From NCBI GenBank assembly GCA_013239625.1, contig MU054026.1, forward strand, positions 806,001-870,000: a DNA stretch of 64,000 nt. Reading direction: 5' to 3'. The first letter of the stretch is position 1; each line of letters begins with the position of its first letter. A program made the translations under genes and the position numbers. The notes under the pieces are model-generated. The model saw nothing but the letters and a program-made list of their open reading frames with translations, ran no database searches and was not told the origin of the DNA. Of this stretch, positions 25,566-39,433 are shown one piece after another. The stretch comes from Lama guanicoe. Lineage: Eukaryota.

Positions 25566-26689
25566 TCAAAGTTTCCTTTCTTGTTCAGTGTGTTTAATGA
25601 AAATCTTCAGGTGGTATTTTAAATTGTATTTATTCTTAGAGTAAGGAGTAACATAACCATTTAGACTTGAGTTTGCTTTCACTTGGTGAGAATAGATTGT
25701 TTTGTTTTGTTTGTTTGTTTCTTTTTCTTTTTAAATGTGAGCTTCACTGAATGTGTATAGCAATTGATTTTGGTTCAGCTCCATTTGCCTGTCATTCTAT
25801 TTCTTTGAAATGAATGATGCTGGGGTTTCAGGCAACATATTTCAACCTGTAACCAGATTCTACAACATGATTTTCCATGGTGGAACATAGGCTATGTACA
25901 TATTTTAGTTTTAAGAAGCTTGCTTCAAAAATGAGGTTTTAGCTCAGATACTGTATGTTTCTTCGATGTCCATTCACACATTGGCTACAGAGAACAAGTA
26001 GAGTTTTTAATTTTAATTTTAAAAAGTGATAGCTACCCTTGATTAAATACATGTTTTGTTAGTGTTTTACTAGCAGGGCAGGTAGGTGGCGGAGGTCCCC
26101 AGTCATAATTTGAGGGGAAAGTAATTTAGAGGGGAGAAAAAAGGGCAGTCTATAATTCTCTGATGCTGGATGTTCCATGAAGAAGAAAAATCACTTAAAG
26201 GGCTGATGAAAATATTCATGTCAGAGTCAGAAAAGAAGTAGGGTTTGATGGAAGAATCTCTATGCCTGGTGCTGTCTCATTCTCCTCACCTCTGAGTGTC
26301 CTCTGTGTTCCATTTTCTTACCTTCCTGACTCCTGTGTTCCAAACTGTATCACCGAATCTGATTGCCCAGAGCGGCTCTGTGAGTTGTCTGAGTTGCACT
26401 TTTGTGTGTGATGGAAATCATACAAGTCTTGGAATCAGGATTCCAAGACCATCCTTGATGGTTGTATAATCTTGAGATGTTGCCAGTTTTCTTGAGAGTA
26501 AGGTTGTGAGAGTCAAATGTACTAATGCATGTAAAATGCAGACTACAAAGAAAGTACAAAACAATTAAATATCAATATTTGGACTGCTGTACCCTGTGGG
26601 AAGGAATGAGTGAAGTTCAATAAGGTGACAAAGGAAGGAAGAGATTCAGCGACTTTTGCAAAGTGTTTTGTGCTTTTTCAGGCAACAGT

Positions 26690-26763
26690 CAATCTAAAAG
26701 CTGTTCTTTCAGTGCCACAAGTCAAACAATCTAAAAGCCGTTCTTTCAGTGCCACAAGTCAAA
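26690..26763 (+). repeat. 37-bp tandem duplication
   Basis: 'caatctaaaagcYgttctttcagtgccacaagtcaaa' occurs twice with one C/T difference. Confidence 0.95.
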
Positions 26764-29730
26764 TTTATTTGTTTCTCAAAATACGATCTATAGTCCAGTG
26801 ATACTCATAACAGGTAGATTGGCAATCCCTACAAGGAACGTTATAAGAAAAAACGATTTCTATCAGCAGGAGTAACTTGTTGCAAAATCATCTTTAAAAC
26901 TATAGCTTCAGAAAAATGTAGCAGTTGTTAGAATTAACATGAATTGTTTCTTGACTCTGAAGTTTGAGTCAATGGCGTTAATTTGACCCCTAGCCCTTCC
27001 CCAAGACAAATGCATTCTTTGACTAAGTAGAAATGTATTAAGACCATTGAGATATTGAGGATCTAATTGCATTTTCCTCCTTTTTTTATGATTCCTTTCA
27101 GGTGTCAAAGTCACCATTTCTGTATTTCCTCTGCTGACCTGGATTTCTGGGAGAGGGGTTTTGCATCTGTTTCAGTGTGGATAGGACAACGTTTAGGGGG
27201 TCTTCTTTCAGAGTTGGCCATCATTGGACTTTGCTGGGGCCACTCTGTCTTACCTTTGGGTCTACCTGTGTGAAAGGAGTGGCTGGGTGGCCTCTCAGTG
27301 GCAAGAGTATTTCATCGTATTCTCTGAAATAAGTCCATGAGTGTTAAATTTATGACCTAAGTACTGTAAGAAGAAGGCTCAGTTGCATCAGACAACAGAA
27401 GGATGGGTTCGTGTCAAAGCAGAAATAGGGAGTGGCCATTTCACGGTCAGGTGACTCCAGTTGTCTTAAGCACTGAATTGTTGCCAACTTGCAAAGATAA
27501 GATGAATTCCTAGGAGGCTGACTTGCAAATAGTCAAACCAGTCAGCCATACAGACATAGGCAGTGCAAAATGGAGGTCAGCTCAGTTGACAAGCAATGAC
27601 GGGTTTTGCAGCTCCAGGTCATTTATGTGAAATGACCCACATGGTGAAAGGAAGAAGGAAATCATTTTAGGTAAGAGCACTGAAATCGGGAATTCATCAC
27701 GATTCTGAAAGGAGTCTTGGAGAGCATGTAGTCCAACCTTTTTCTGTTATTTAAAGAGATTGAGGCAAAAAGACATGAATCCATTAGCCAGCATCATTAT
27801 AGTTAAGGAGAGAGTCAGGATTAGAACCCAGGATTTTCATTTCCAATTAAGCCCTTTCACTGTATCCAAGGGCAAGGTGCTCTGTACTCTTTCCAATCTT
27901 CCCTTTCCCTAAAGTTAAAGCTAAGGGAGTCTCATGGTCTACCCTACCCCAGGACTGCTGTGAATTGATGAGTTGGTACTTAAGAGGATGAAGGAAATAT
28001 GAGCCTTACAAGGAGGTAACGTTGATACCCATCCATAGGGGTGGAAATGGGACGTATAGAGAAGACTGCTTAATCGCTAGTTCAGAGTTCAGAATCAGAC
28101 TGTATCGTATGTCTTACAAAATTATTCACGTGAAATTATTCTTAAAAATAGCTGCACCAATGTTTGGTAGCAAAGAAGACCAGGTTTCAAAAGTGTCATG
28201 GATGTTATGCTGATTTTAATTGTGTTTAATGCCAATCTAAGTGAGAATTAAATACTTAGGGTATTTCGAAACAGTGGACTATGTACTTTCCAGTAGGTCA
28301 AACAGGGATGTTGGTGGTTCTGTTGATCTTCAAGGACTAATCAGGGGAGAGACACCCTCAGCTGTCACAGATAAATCCCAGTCCATGACCTTATAACACA
28401 TTTGAAAAAAAAAAAAAGCTTTTGTACATTTATTTTCATAATATTCAATAATCAGCAAACAAGAAACAAAAACAAACAAGCAAAATGGCCTGAAAAAGTA
28501 AATAATGCATTTTATTGGCCCTTTGCCTTTTTATTTGGTTTTTATGCAACATGCAAGCTTCCTCAAACTTTTTGACTTCCTTGAGAAAATTATAAACCAT
28601 GAAAATATTTGAAATTGCATTTATTTCTCTTTATTTCTGTATTTGTCAAATCATTTGGTGAATTGATATATTTTAACTCCTAAAAACTGATGACTTTTAC
28701 TTCTTTCTTATCTATTCCTTAAGGAAGTTAGTTATTCAGTAATATTTATATTCTTTACATTGTGTAAGATCTTAATTAAAAATTCATACAGAAATCAGAA
28801 AAAATTGGTGAATATCTGTAAGAGAAAATTCATACATTTTCCTGATAACTAGATCCATAAATGTGGAGCTTTTAAGAGGCAAAAAAAAAAAAAAAACAGG
28901 AATGACTTTTATGGCCATGTTCCTGTGACTGCATTTTTCATAAGTGCTGGAATTCTATCAATGATAATGTCTTACTGAATAAGCAGGTAGCTAGCCTGAT
29001 CTCCATCACCACAGCACCTAATAGATATTGTGGGCACACAGATAAATCTCATTTGATGTTGTAGTTGGTCACAAAGAATTAGATTGTGTTGCTCTAAGGG
29101 GCACAAGGATATCTATCTAGTGTAATCATCCGTAAAAATTACTGTAAGTTGAGCCACTGTAAGCTTGTAGGGCACATGCAAAATCTGGATAGTGTGATTT
29201 GCCCCATGTCATGTTGACTTGGAAAAAAAAAGTGTATGCCTCTGAGTGAGTTGCCACGAGACCTTTAGAAACGAGAGCCACTTGTGGACTTTCTCCTTGA
29301 GAAGTGTATTGCAAAGGAGAAGTATTGCTTTATATTTCATTCAGGCAACATTGCTTATTTATTTTTACTTATGACCATTATTAAAAAGGGCTGAGCTGCC
29401 TTGTTATGATCAAATAAGAATGATCTATAATGTTTTCCTGGGTATTGAATCGAATCCAAAGCATATTGGGGTCAGCAGTGGTAGACAATTTCCCAGTGTT
29501 GAGAGGTGGCGGGAAGATGAACACAGCTTGTGGACAGCTTGTCTGAGTCAGACAAATAAACTTTGGCTGTGCTTGCACTTTGATTAGAAGCACAAAGGAA
29601 TCAGAAGCCTCATTTCAGAAATGATAATGATGTGGATTTGGATGGCTGTAATAAACTTGTAATTATTTTCCAGTCAATTGGCTTATTTGATGATTCCTGG
29701 AATGGGACACTCTACCAACTCAAAATATAT

Positions 29731-29732
<2 letters not shown>

Positions 29733-29766
<34 letters not shown>
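29733..29766. repeat. (CA)n microsatellite
   Basis: Pure CA run seen directly. Confidence 0.95.
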
Positions 29767-29767
<1 letters not shown>

Positions 29768-30648
29768 GCACATACAACCAAAATAAAGCACTATCTTAGT
29801 GCTAAATGCTTTTGCCTTTCAACATCCCAGAGGATAGTGCATATAAAGCTATGGAAAATGAAATTTTATACATAATCATCAAACAAATATAATATTGGAT
29901 GTTATTATTCAACTCCCTAAATATTCAAGATGAGGAAACTGAGGGCTATTTCTCTATTATTTCTCTGAGTCTCTCAAGTCTCAAATCAGCACTCACATCA
30001 CTAAACAATATTGGTATCGACTGTAGATGTTGTAGGAAAGGACGCAGGACAGTCTTTATCCACCATGCTTCAGTCTGCTTTGGTTTTAGTGTACCTTGCT
30101 TTTACATTTCAGGTCTCAGCCCCAATTTCAGCCTTTGGAAGGAATGTTAGTGATGAGCCTGTCATTCATCTCTCTATTACTCTTAAATTATAGCCTGCCT
30201 ATTTTACTTCTAGTGTTTAGAAAACTTGCTAATTATTTTGTTTGTATATATTTGTCTGCAGGTTTATTTCACTCTTCTTACCATCATGAAACTTCCCTGA
30301 GCAGAATTTGTATCTGCATCGTTCACCATTCCACCTTTAGAACATAGACAGTGCCTAGGGTTGTGTAGGTAATCAATTTATATTTGATTAGCTAATACAA
30401 TTGGAGAAAATGAGATAGAAAGAGAAACATTGATAGTGTTTAAAGTCCAGAGGGAAAAGGATCAAGAATGTTAATTGACATATTATTCAGCAGAATATTT
30501 ACATACCCTGTAAAAACATAAAATGTACCCTGTGTGTGTGTGCACGCGCGCATGCATGTGTGTGCGTGTGTGTGAAGCATGGGGTAGGAGATGAAGGAGA
30601 GTTTGAGAATATTTGGGGAAAAAAATCAAAAAGGCTTGATAAAGGATC

Positions 30649-31137
30649 TGTTGTAGGCTGAATAAGTATTCTCCCAATGATGGCCACATTTTGATCCTTA
30701 GAACCCATGAGTATGTTACCTTCCATAGCAAAAGGGACTTTGAAGATATGATTAACTAAGGATTTTGAGATGGGGAGATTATCCTGGATTATCTAGATGG
30801 GTACAGTGTAATGACAAGAGTCCTTATATGAAAAGGCCAGAAGAGAGTCACAGAAAATGTAATTATGAAAACAGAGGTTTGAGACAAAGACTTGAAGATG
30901 CTAGGCTGCTGGCTTTGAAGGTGGAGAAAGTGGCATGAGCCAAGGAATGCAGGTGGCTTGTAAAAGCCAGAACAGGCAAGAACACTGATTCTCTTTTGGA
31001 GCCTCCAGAAAGCAGTGTGGTCCTGCCACCCTTCTCTTAGACTTCTGAACTCCAGAACTATAAGATAATAAGTTTGTGTTGCTTTAAGCCACTAAGTCTC
31101 TAATAATTTGTTGTAGCACCAATAGGAAATTAATATA
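30649..31137 (+). mobile_element. MaLR MLT1-family solo LTR
   Basis: Hallmarks 'ttgagatggggagattatcctggattatc' and 'gagccaaggaatgcagg', with end 'ggaaattaatata'. Near-match TSD ggatc (30644-30648) / ggagc (31492-31496, beyond the ERV1 LTR). Confidence 0.9.
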
Positions 31138-31138
31138 G

Positions 31139-31488
31139 TGAAGGGGCAAAACCCACAAAGGGACCAGCAAGACCTCGCAGCCAGGGCCATTGCCTTCCCG
31201 CTTTTGTGCTTCTGTAAAACGGCTTGCTTCTAGGAAAATGAAACTTACCCCTAAAATTCCATTGGTTCCCAAAAGGTCACTCCTGATTGGTCCATTTCTA
31301 ACACCTCATTTGCATATGACACAAAGTTAATTGAAACCTAAAACCCTATAAAAGCTTGTGTAAACCTACAGAGGCGGTCCAGACCTTGGAGTGTTAACTC
31401 CTCTGGGCACCCCTGGCATAATTAACCTGAGTTTTCCTACCTTCCGAGTGTTGCTTGGTCTCTTGATGGGATGCAGGTTTCTGTAACA
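31139..31488 (+). mobile_element. ERV1-type solo LTR, 350 bp
   Basis: TG...CA termini with an exact 4-bp TSD ATAG (31135-31138 / 31489-31492). It contains reverse CCAAT boxes, the octamer ATTTGCAT and TATA box 'cctataaaag'. Its 3' half is homologous to the LTR at 54274-54789. Confidence 0.88.
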
Positions 31489-33289
31489 ATAGGAGCCCGC
31501 CAAAGATATTCTTTAAAGTTTAGTTCCTCTTTAAATTTATTTTTGAATAAAATAACACATGCTCACTGCAGAAAAATTGGAAAATGAAGAAACTATATTC
31601 AAGAAAATAAGATTACCCTTTAATCCCATCACCCAGAGAAAGGAGTATTAACATTGTATGTTTTATTTTTATAAATGGACTTTTGATCAATGAAGACAGG
31701 GATAAAGGATATTAGAGCTGACACTGAAAGTGCTTTGCCATATTGAAATGAGCATTTATTTAATTTTTAAATTACATCTTATTTAGTTATTATTCCCTTA
31801 GCCCTAAGTATAATAGAAGTTAGTATGATAAAGGAAAAAAAAAAGAATTAGAGAAGCCAGTATCTACTACACTCCTCTTTATCTGCATGAATTTCCCTTA
31901 TAAAGCTCTAGGCAAGACAGAGATGGCACTGTGCACTTTGCTTGTTTTATCATTACATCCCATCCCAGGGATCATGGTGAGTATTGGCCCAGAGTCACAG
32001 AATGAAGTTGGCAGGCTTGGTGGTGCCAGCTCTGTCCCTAACAAGCCACATGACTCCCAAGTCCTTTTTCTTTCCTGAATCTCAATTTATCCATAAAATG
32101 TGTGTCAGCTAATCTTTAAAGCCCTGTCTGGCTTTCACTTCCCAGGGCCCAATTTAAAGCTCTCTAAGAAGAATCTGCATCATTTCAATTTCTGTTAACC
32201 TCGTTTTATTCTCAAGGGACTCTAATGAGTACTTACCTGTTACCCCAAATCACACTGTAGATGAATTTTATTTCTGAAACAGTTAAAGAAAGAAATTTCA
32301 GCTTTCTGGGAGACATTGAGGGGACTGTGAAGAAGGAAGGTTTACCATGAGAAATTTGTCAGCCTACAACATTTTCATCCCATTATGAACTGAATACATT
32401 TTCAGCTAATCCTTTTGTTCTTAGCTTTTTGTTCAGAGACAGTCAAACAAGTGTCAGTAGAAATGTCAAACTAAGTAATAACATCTCTCATACTTACTAC
32501 AGTGATTTCAAGCTTGCAAGGCTGGGAGTGGCCAAGGGAGAGTTTAAAACACAAATCAAAGCTGCATTAAATGGGAGTTCTCTGTGCGAATGAGCCCAAG
32601 TTTTTAATCTCACATCCATATTTTAAGAGGATAGAGAAAGGGTTGAGAAAACAAACAGATTTAAGTTGTGTCTATGTACTCAGCCTGTTTGGGGGCAACT
32701 AGTGGTGGAATTAAGTTAAATCATTATTTAGATTGCAGTTATAAATATTCAGTTTTAAAGTGATGGATCTTACTGAATTCAACTCCTTCTCCTCTGAATT
32801 CTGTATGTGCAGACAATGACCTTACAATTAGTGTGAACAGCAAAATCCCTTCTCCCTTTGCAGATTGCCCTCTTGAGTGTTTCTTGAGGGAAGAATTGCT
32901 CCCCTATTATGGCAGACAGTAGATAAGTGTTCTGAAGCGCTATTTGGTTTATTATTTGCAGTAATAATAGAAACATTGAGTTGAATAATTTAAAGGTCTG
33001 GATGAGTCACTCAGAACCAAGAACTGAATGGCAACTCTTCGCATTTGTAACAATCTTGAGCTTAAAAAAAGAATTTTGCCTTGACTGGGTAGATCAGGAC
33101 AAGTAAAAAGTTGAAAGGATGCTACAGCTATTAGGAAAAAAAATATTTAGAAATCTGAGATATTCTTTGGAACACGGGCCTCTATTTCATGGATAGAAAG
33201 AAAGGTCAAGGAAATTGCTATTTGAGAAGAAGTAAACTCTTTACTTCTAAGACAAGAAGGACTAAATTGTATTACATATTTAATCTCTG

Positions 33290-33500
33290 TGAAAGGTTTA
33301 AGAGCACAAATTCTGGATTAGGACATCCAGATGGTGGCCCTACTACAAGTGTAAGACCAAGAAAATGGCTTATCTTCACTTTTTTGGTCTGTACAATGGG
33401 GCTATTAGTGGCTCATGATGGTCCATCGCTGGAGAGCTTTAGGGGAGATGAAGTGAGATAATAAATACGGTTCTTGAAAACAGTAAGGGTACAATAATTG
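33290..33500 (+). mobile_element. MIR SINE fragment
   Basis: 'gtttaagagcacaaattctgga...tctgtacaatgggg...gtgagataataaat' follows the MIR layout. Confidence 0.6.
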
Positions 33501-35759
33501 TTCGCTTTTCATAGCAGGAGTAGTATTTGTAAAATATGTCCTGAACAATTCTTACGGGCAAGGACTTAGCTGGAATTTGAAGACAGAATGCCATCGAGCA
33601 GCTCGCACTTTAATGGAACAGTAGATGTAAAATAAATAAGAGCATTGTACTGTAACAAGAACCAAAAAGAAACCTGGGAAAAGCATTAGGAGTGTATGGA
33701 ACAGAAATTAAATAATGGCAAATGGTGAATTCAGGAAACACTAGACAGAGGAGGTGATATTTGAGCCCTGCTTTGTCTGATAAATTGGAATTTTCCAAGA
33801 GGAATATTATTGTGAGAAGCAGTTGGCTTTTAATCTTAACAGAAGCTGAGTTTGCCTGTGCATAATTTCATTTATCTAGTTGTTGGTGTTTATAGAGGTT
33901 GGGGAGTAGTATAAAGATGCAAACCTAGAAAGGAGACAGAAGCCATATTTTGAAAGACAACATATACCAGTGTAAGACATTAGATTTAATCTTTTAGATA
34001 ACAGGTAGCTAACAAAACTTTACACACTGAAGAGTGTTACAATGGCATGATGTTCTCTTGCGTTTTATAGAGATCACCATGATATCACTGTTGAGGATGA
34101 GTTTTAGGTGCAGAAGACTTTACATAAGGGAAATGCATAGGAGGCTGGTTCAAGTCCAGGTGAGATGCAGAGGGAGCTTTATTTAACACATTGAAAGCAG
34201 TAGTGAGGAGATAAATGTAAATCTGAGGGAAAGGAGTTTCCGTTCTCAGAAAAATGTGGAAAGTGAGCAAGAAAGGTGTCAAGAATCCCCTAACTGATGG
34301 TTAAACTTGGATTCGTTGTCTTAATCATGATGCTGTTAATCAAAATAGAGCATGTAGCTGGAGGGCTTGAGTTAGGCAGTGGGGAGAGGGGCTGTGTTCT
34401 GTCTTAGAAGTGAGCGCCAAGTTGTTAGCTAACCTCAGTGAAGAAGACCAGATACCAAGTGCAATCACAGAGGAGTAACTGAGAGGAGCCTTTCATGGCC
34501 ATACTTGTTTGGCGGTTGTCAGATCTGCCGGAGTGGGATGAAATGTAAGTAGTTAATGTGTTTCACCAGAGACAGACTTAAAAAGAAGATTCGTGGAACA
34601 AGCACCGTCTTTACTGGAAGTAAGATCTTAGATGAGCCACCGGTATTCAATTAAATGAAATAGTAAATGGGGTAGAATGCAAACAATCGATGACTATATA
34701 AAGATTATACAGGAATTCCTTGTACTATTCTTACAACTTTTCTCTAAGTTCAAAATTATGTAAAAATGAGAATGTTACCAAGACTAGTCTTCTCTATAAC
34801 TGTGTCAACAGAAATGCTACCATATAATTACTCATAAATAATTTCAAATCTAAAAAATGTTGTCTAGGGTGATGAAATACTTTTCTTTGTCTTTATTAGT
34901 CATTTTTGCTAATGTTGCCAATAATAAGATTTTAGCTTTAACATTAAATTCTTTGATGCGGATTAATAAAAAATGACACGTTGTATGATACTGTGGAATT
35001 TACTTGTCATTTAAGATGAGGAATTAACTGAACGTATTTTTATTCCAGTCAATGAATATCAATTAGACTTTTTCAAGAAAATTCAGGAAGGGATGGAGGC
35101 ATCAGCGCAGTTATGGAATTTAAGCCTGTGAGTTTGGCGCTGTTAGATGAATGTTCGGATTGAGAGGACTCAGTTCATTTACAATCTCTGACTTGAGGCT
35201 CTTAGTTGGTAAATGTCACAAAAAATGACATAGCCCATTTTTTTCTGTAACACTTTCTCATTCTGTTTAGCTTGAGAAAACCTACTGGCACCCAAGGGCT
35301 TAGAGAAACACCATCCTGTCTTCTGTTTTCTTTGGGAGCATATATACAGAAACATGTTATTTTGGTTCTCTAAACATGGTCATAATATACCAACTACTGG
35401 GTTTTTTTATTGGTTTTCCCAAATAATACAAAGGGGATTTTGTTATTAGAATATCAGTTTGAGTAGAGATATCGCTTAAAATTGGCCATTTAATAGTGTC
35501 CTCTGCCATCTGGCCTTTAAACACAAATGTGTATTTGAAAAAAAAATTCACAAAAGTAATTTTTAATGAGTTAAAGCGTCTGAAAAAACAATTTCATCTA
35601 AACTTACTAAGCTTTTTCAAATTGTATTTTAATGATCACAAATTGATTTGTGAAAAAATAATTTTAATTTAAATTAGACGCCACCTTTCCTCGCAATAAC
35701 TTCATCCTGTGATACACTATATGTTATGATTATTTTGTGTAAAATTTTCATTCAGCATT

Positions 35760-35970
35760 TCATGATGGCAAACCCCAAGAGCGCTCTCTTCAGCTACATG
35801 ACCCTGCTTGAGTTACACAACCGTACTAAGCCTCATTTTCCCACCCAGTGAAGATAGGAATAGCACTTATACGATTAGCTTATTGTATTAAATGAGATGA
35901 TGCATGTGAAATATATAGCATGGTGCTCAGTCTATTCCAAGTGATCAGTATGGATAACTATTTTATTATC
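35760..35970 (+). mobile_element. MIR SINE fragment
   Basis: 'aagcctcattttccc...attaaatgagatgatgcatgtgaaa' is the MIR core and tail. Confidence 0.7.
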
Positions 35971-37514
35971 TTAAGATAAAAACTTTAACAATTTTATCCT
36001 TTCAGACTAAATATATATTTTAGTTTAGTAGGACAATGAATCAAAATACTCACATTAATAAGTAATCTGAATTTATCCCTTTTTTGTTGTTGTTCTCTGG
36101 CCAATTTAATTGAACTCACAATGACATTCTGTATCATAATCAATTAATCATATAGCCAATCAGTTGTTGAAAACCGCCTGTATGACCCCATCTTAGCCAT
36201 TGTAGAAAATAGAACATTTATGTTTCTCCTTCAGGGTTACCCTTTTAAGCTAGGAACTGAACATGCAGTTATGGTTAGGATGTTTCACAATGAACTTGCT
36301 ACTCCTCTCAATTATTTCAAAACTATTTAACTCAACAAACAAAGCATGCTATATAATATAAAATGTGAGGGATATATACAGATGATAAAATCTCAGACTC
36401 TGTCCTCAAGAGTCAGTCTGGTGGGGAATACAATGATCTGAATACAGCATTATACATAGCACAACAAAAGTACACATATGATAGGATGTTAGCAGAGAGT
36501 TAATGAAGAAAACTATGCATTTATTCCTAGGAGATCCAAGAGTGCTAGATTGTGCATGAAGAGCTTGAGCTGGGATCTGAAAGGCTGAGTAGATACTCCG
36601 TTTGGAATTCCAGGCAGAAGGAAGAACCTATGTGAATACATGGCAGAATGGAATAGCAAGCAGGTGCAGAGCAAGAACTCACTATTATTTGGTTGCAGAA
36701 GGAAAGTATTAAGTGGGTAGGGGAAAGGAATTGAGCATGTGTGGTATAAGCAAAATAATATGACACTTCTTGATTATTTCCATCCCCACCACATTTCTTT
36801 GTAGGAAATCTAGTTCTCCTTTTACATGGAGCTTATAGTAAAATTCACTTTTCCCCATGTACTCTTTCCCCGTTCCATGTGAGATGATAATGTGCGTACT
36901 CCATTGTTCATAATTTCCTTGGATGCAGGAACATGGAAATGGATATCTCCGAACAATAAATCAAACTTTTCTAATGTCTCCCTGCTGATCTAGAATGGAG
37001 CTTCCATTCATTATGCCATTTTCCCAGGAGCTACAGTGACTCCTCCTGTATAATTCGGAGGGTTTTCCATCTCCAGTAGTGTCAAACCAACTTTTGATTC
37101 TTCCCAAAGGACCATTCTGAAGAGGTTTCTGGGGAACTCCAGATAGCAGATGTTCGACACCTGCCACTCTTCTGGAAATTGTCCACAGTTTCCTGTCTTG
37201 GCCTCTGAGAAACAAGCCTGTGAAATGGCCCAGGCTGTCACACTCCTTTGGATTTAAATTTTTTTTTTTTTGTATGTTCCAAGTCAGGTCAGATTTGACC
37301 ACAGTAGCTAAGAGAAAGTTCTAAAGTTACGTACAAGAGCCTAATGAGGAGGGTGACTTTTTGACAGCACATAAATTCAGCCTTCTGGAATGTTTGGCCA
37401 AAGTACAAAGTTTACTTTCACATAGTCATTGATTCACTTATAGAGAAGCACGTGTAAAAATGTCTAAAATACTCTTAGGTTTCCCATTTTCCCCCAAATT
37501 AGGAAGGCAAACAG

Positions 37515-37610
37515 GTGCAGATTTCTGAGCCTCACTCTGGACTAACTAAATCAACATCTCAAGGATGGGTCATGGAATCTGCCTTTTAAAACTACCCCAT
37601 AGTGATTCTT
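37515..37610. mobile_element. MER5A-like hAT fragment
   Basis: 'tgcagatttctgagcctcactctggactaactaaatca...ggaatctgccttttaa...gtgattct'. Confidence 0.65.
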
Positions 37611-38579
37611 TTGTTTGATTATATTTTATGAGGTCTAATATAAAGTAAAAAATCTGAAGCTACTGAGAAGTTTTTGAAGTTGTGCTTTGGGAAGATTAAT
37701 GTGCTAGTGTGATATAAGATGGATTGGATCAAGGAGAAATTGGGGTGCCTGAGACAGAAAGTTATTGCACTTCCAAAGCAGGTGTAAGGGCATGAGAACA
37801 GATATGAATCTTGGCGTTTGGATGGATGAATGGCTGTAAATCATGGTAATGAGTAGAGGAGATCTCTGTGTAAACGTTGGCTTTGATGTGCTTAAAAGGC
37901 ATCTTCTAACATACCAAACCTTGCCCCTTCATTAAGAAATAGTGAAGATGGGCATGTGCTGTAACTGAAAAGGGCCAAATGTTCCCCTTGAGTGTTGACA
38001 GGAAAGCTGGAATTGAGTATGATCATCCAGCATCTCCAAGAAATACACGCACAGAATTAATAAGACTGACAAACATCGTCTTGCCACAGTTGTGAATGTG
38101 ACCAGATGGTCAGTCCCACATGCCAATGAGAAACACAGGAGCAGTTTTGCTTTTTTTTTTTAAACTAGCTTTTGATTATTCCAAGATGAAAGCTATGATG
38201 AGAAACATGGAGAGAGACAGGCCAACAGTAAAACCAACAGAAAAAGCATACAAAATAAAAATTCGCATTTTCTTATGAAGACAAGCAAAATCTGTGCAAG
38301 TCTGCTCCAGCTGTTAAGGGAAATGTAATTTCAGAATATAGTTTCTGGAAGAGGCCATCGAAGGTCCAATGCCTTTTACTCTACAGATGAGAAAACAGCA
38401 ATCCAGAGGGCTCAAATGACTCTTTATGTTTGCAAACTTGTTAATGGCAAAAACATAATAAAAGCTTCATCTTCTGAGGACCTTACTGCATTCTTTCATC
38501 TGCATCCCAAAGCATCCCCACTTTCTTCAAAATCAATATGTACCATGTCAACATAAACGTGTGTTTTTTTACCTTATGA

Positions 38580-38990
38580 TTTCAAAATAAACTTTTGACT
38601 AACACATATTATATATATAAAAATGTACAAATTATAAACATTCTGATAAATGAATTTTCACAAAATGAACCAATCACATAAAAACAATGCAGTAAGGGAA
38701 TAAGACATTATCAGCTATTCAAAGTTCCTCTTCCCTCCCATTCATCACCTTCTACTCCATTCTCCCCAAGGTAACTTTTTTTAAATTTTAAAAACAGATT
38801 CATTTTGCTTGTTTTTATATCTTAGATAAAGAAGTCATGCAGTATATGTGTCTTCTTTCTGATTTATTATTAAGGTTTGTTCCTGAAATATGTAACTGTA
38901 GTTCATCATTTTTATTTTCACTGTAGGATATTTATGCTAAATAAATTTACAGAACGTATTTATCCATTCTCCTGTTGATGATCACTTAGC
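38580..38990 (-). mobile_element. Ancient L1M 3' UTR fragment
   Basis: 'atgaattttcacaaaatgaac' and 'atttatccattctcctgttgatg' are antisense L1M 3'-end motifs. Confidence 0.65.
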
Positions 38991-39433
38991 TTGTAGCAAA
39001 GGGGGAATTTTAGGGGGTCATCCGCACCCTGTATCATTACCTGGATGGGATTTATCCAGTTGTTTCACTGAGCAATATATTTTTTGCATACTTTTTGTTT
39101 TGTAATATGTTACATTTCACAATGAAACTGGTTTAAAACCATAAACTCATTAAAAATTTGATAAAGAATGCTTACAGTAGAAATAGAAGAGGAATTTTGT
39201 GAGATGGGGGAAAGAGATTTACAGCTCCAGAAGTAGTTAGACTACATTGTGAAATACGATATAAAGTTAAATTCACTTGTTATTTTCACAACGCCTTAAA
39301 AAATCACTATGGTGGCCTTGAATAAATCAGAAGTAAATAAAGCATTGGGGTTGGGAGTCAACTCTGCAGGACAGCATTCCTTAGTGATAACATAGCTTCA
39401 ATTGGACAAGAGGTTGGGGAAAGTGGTTTCTTT

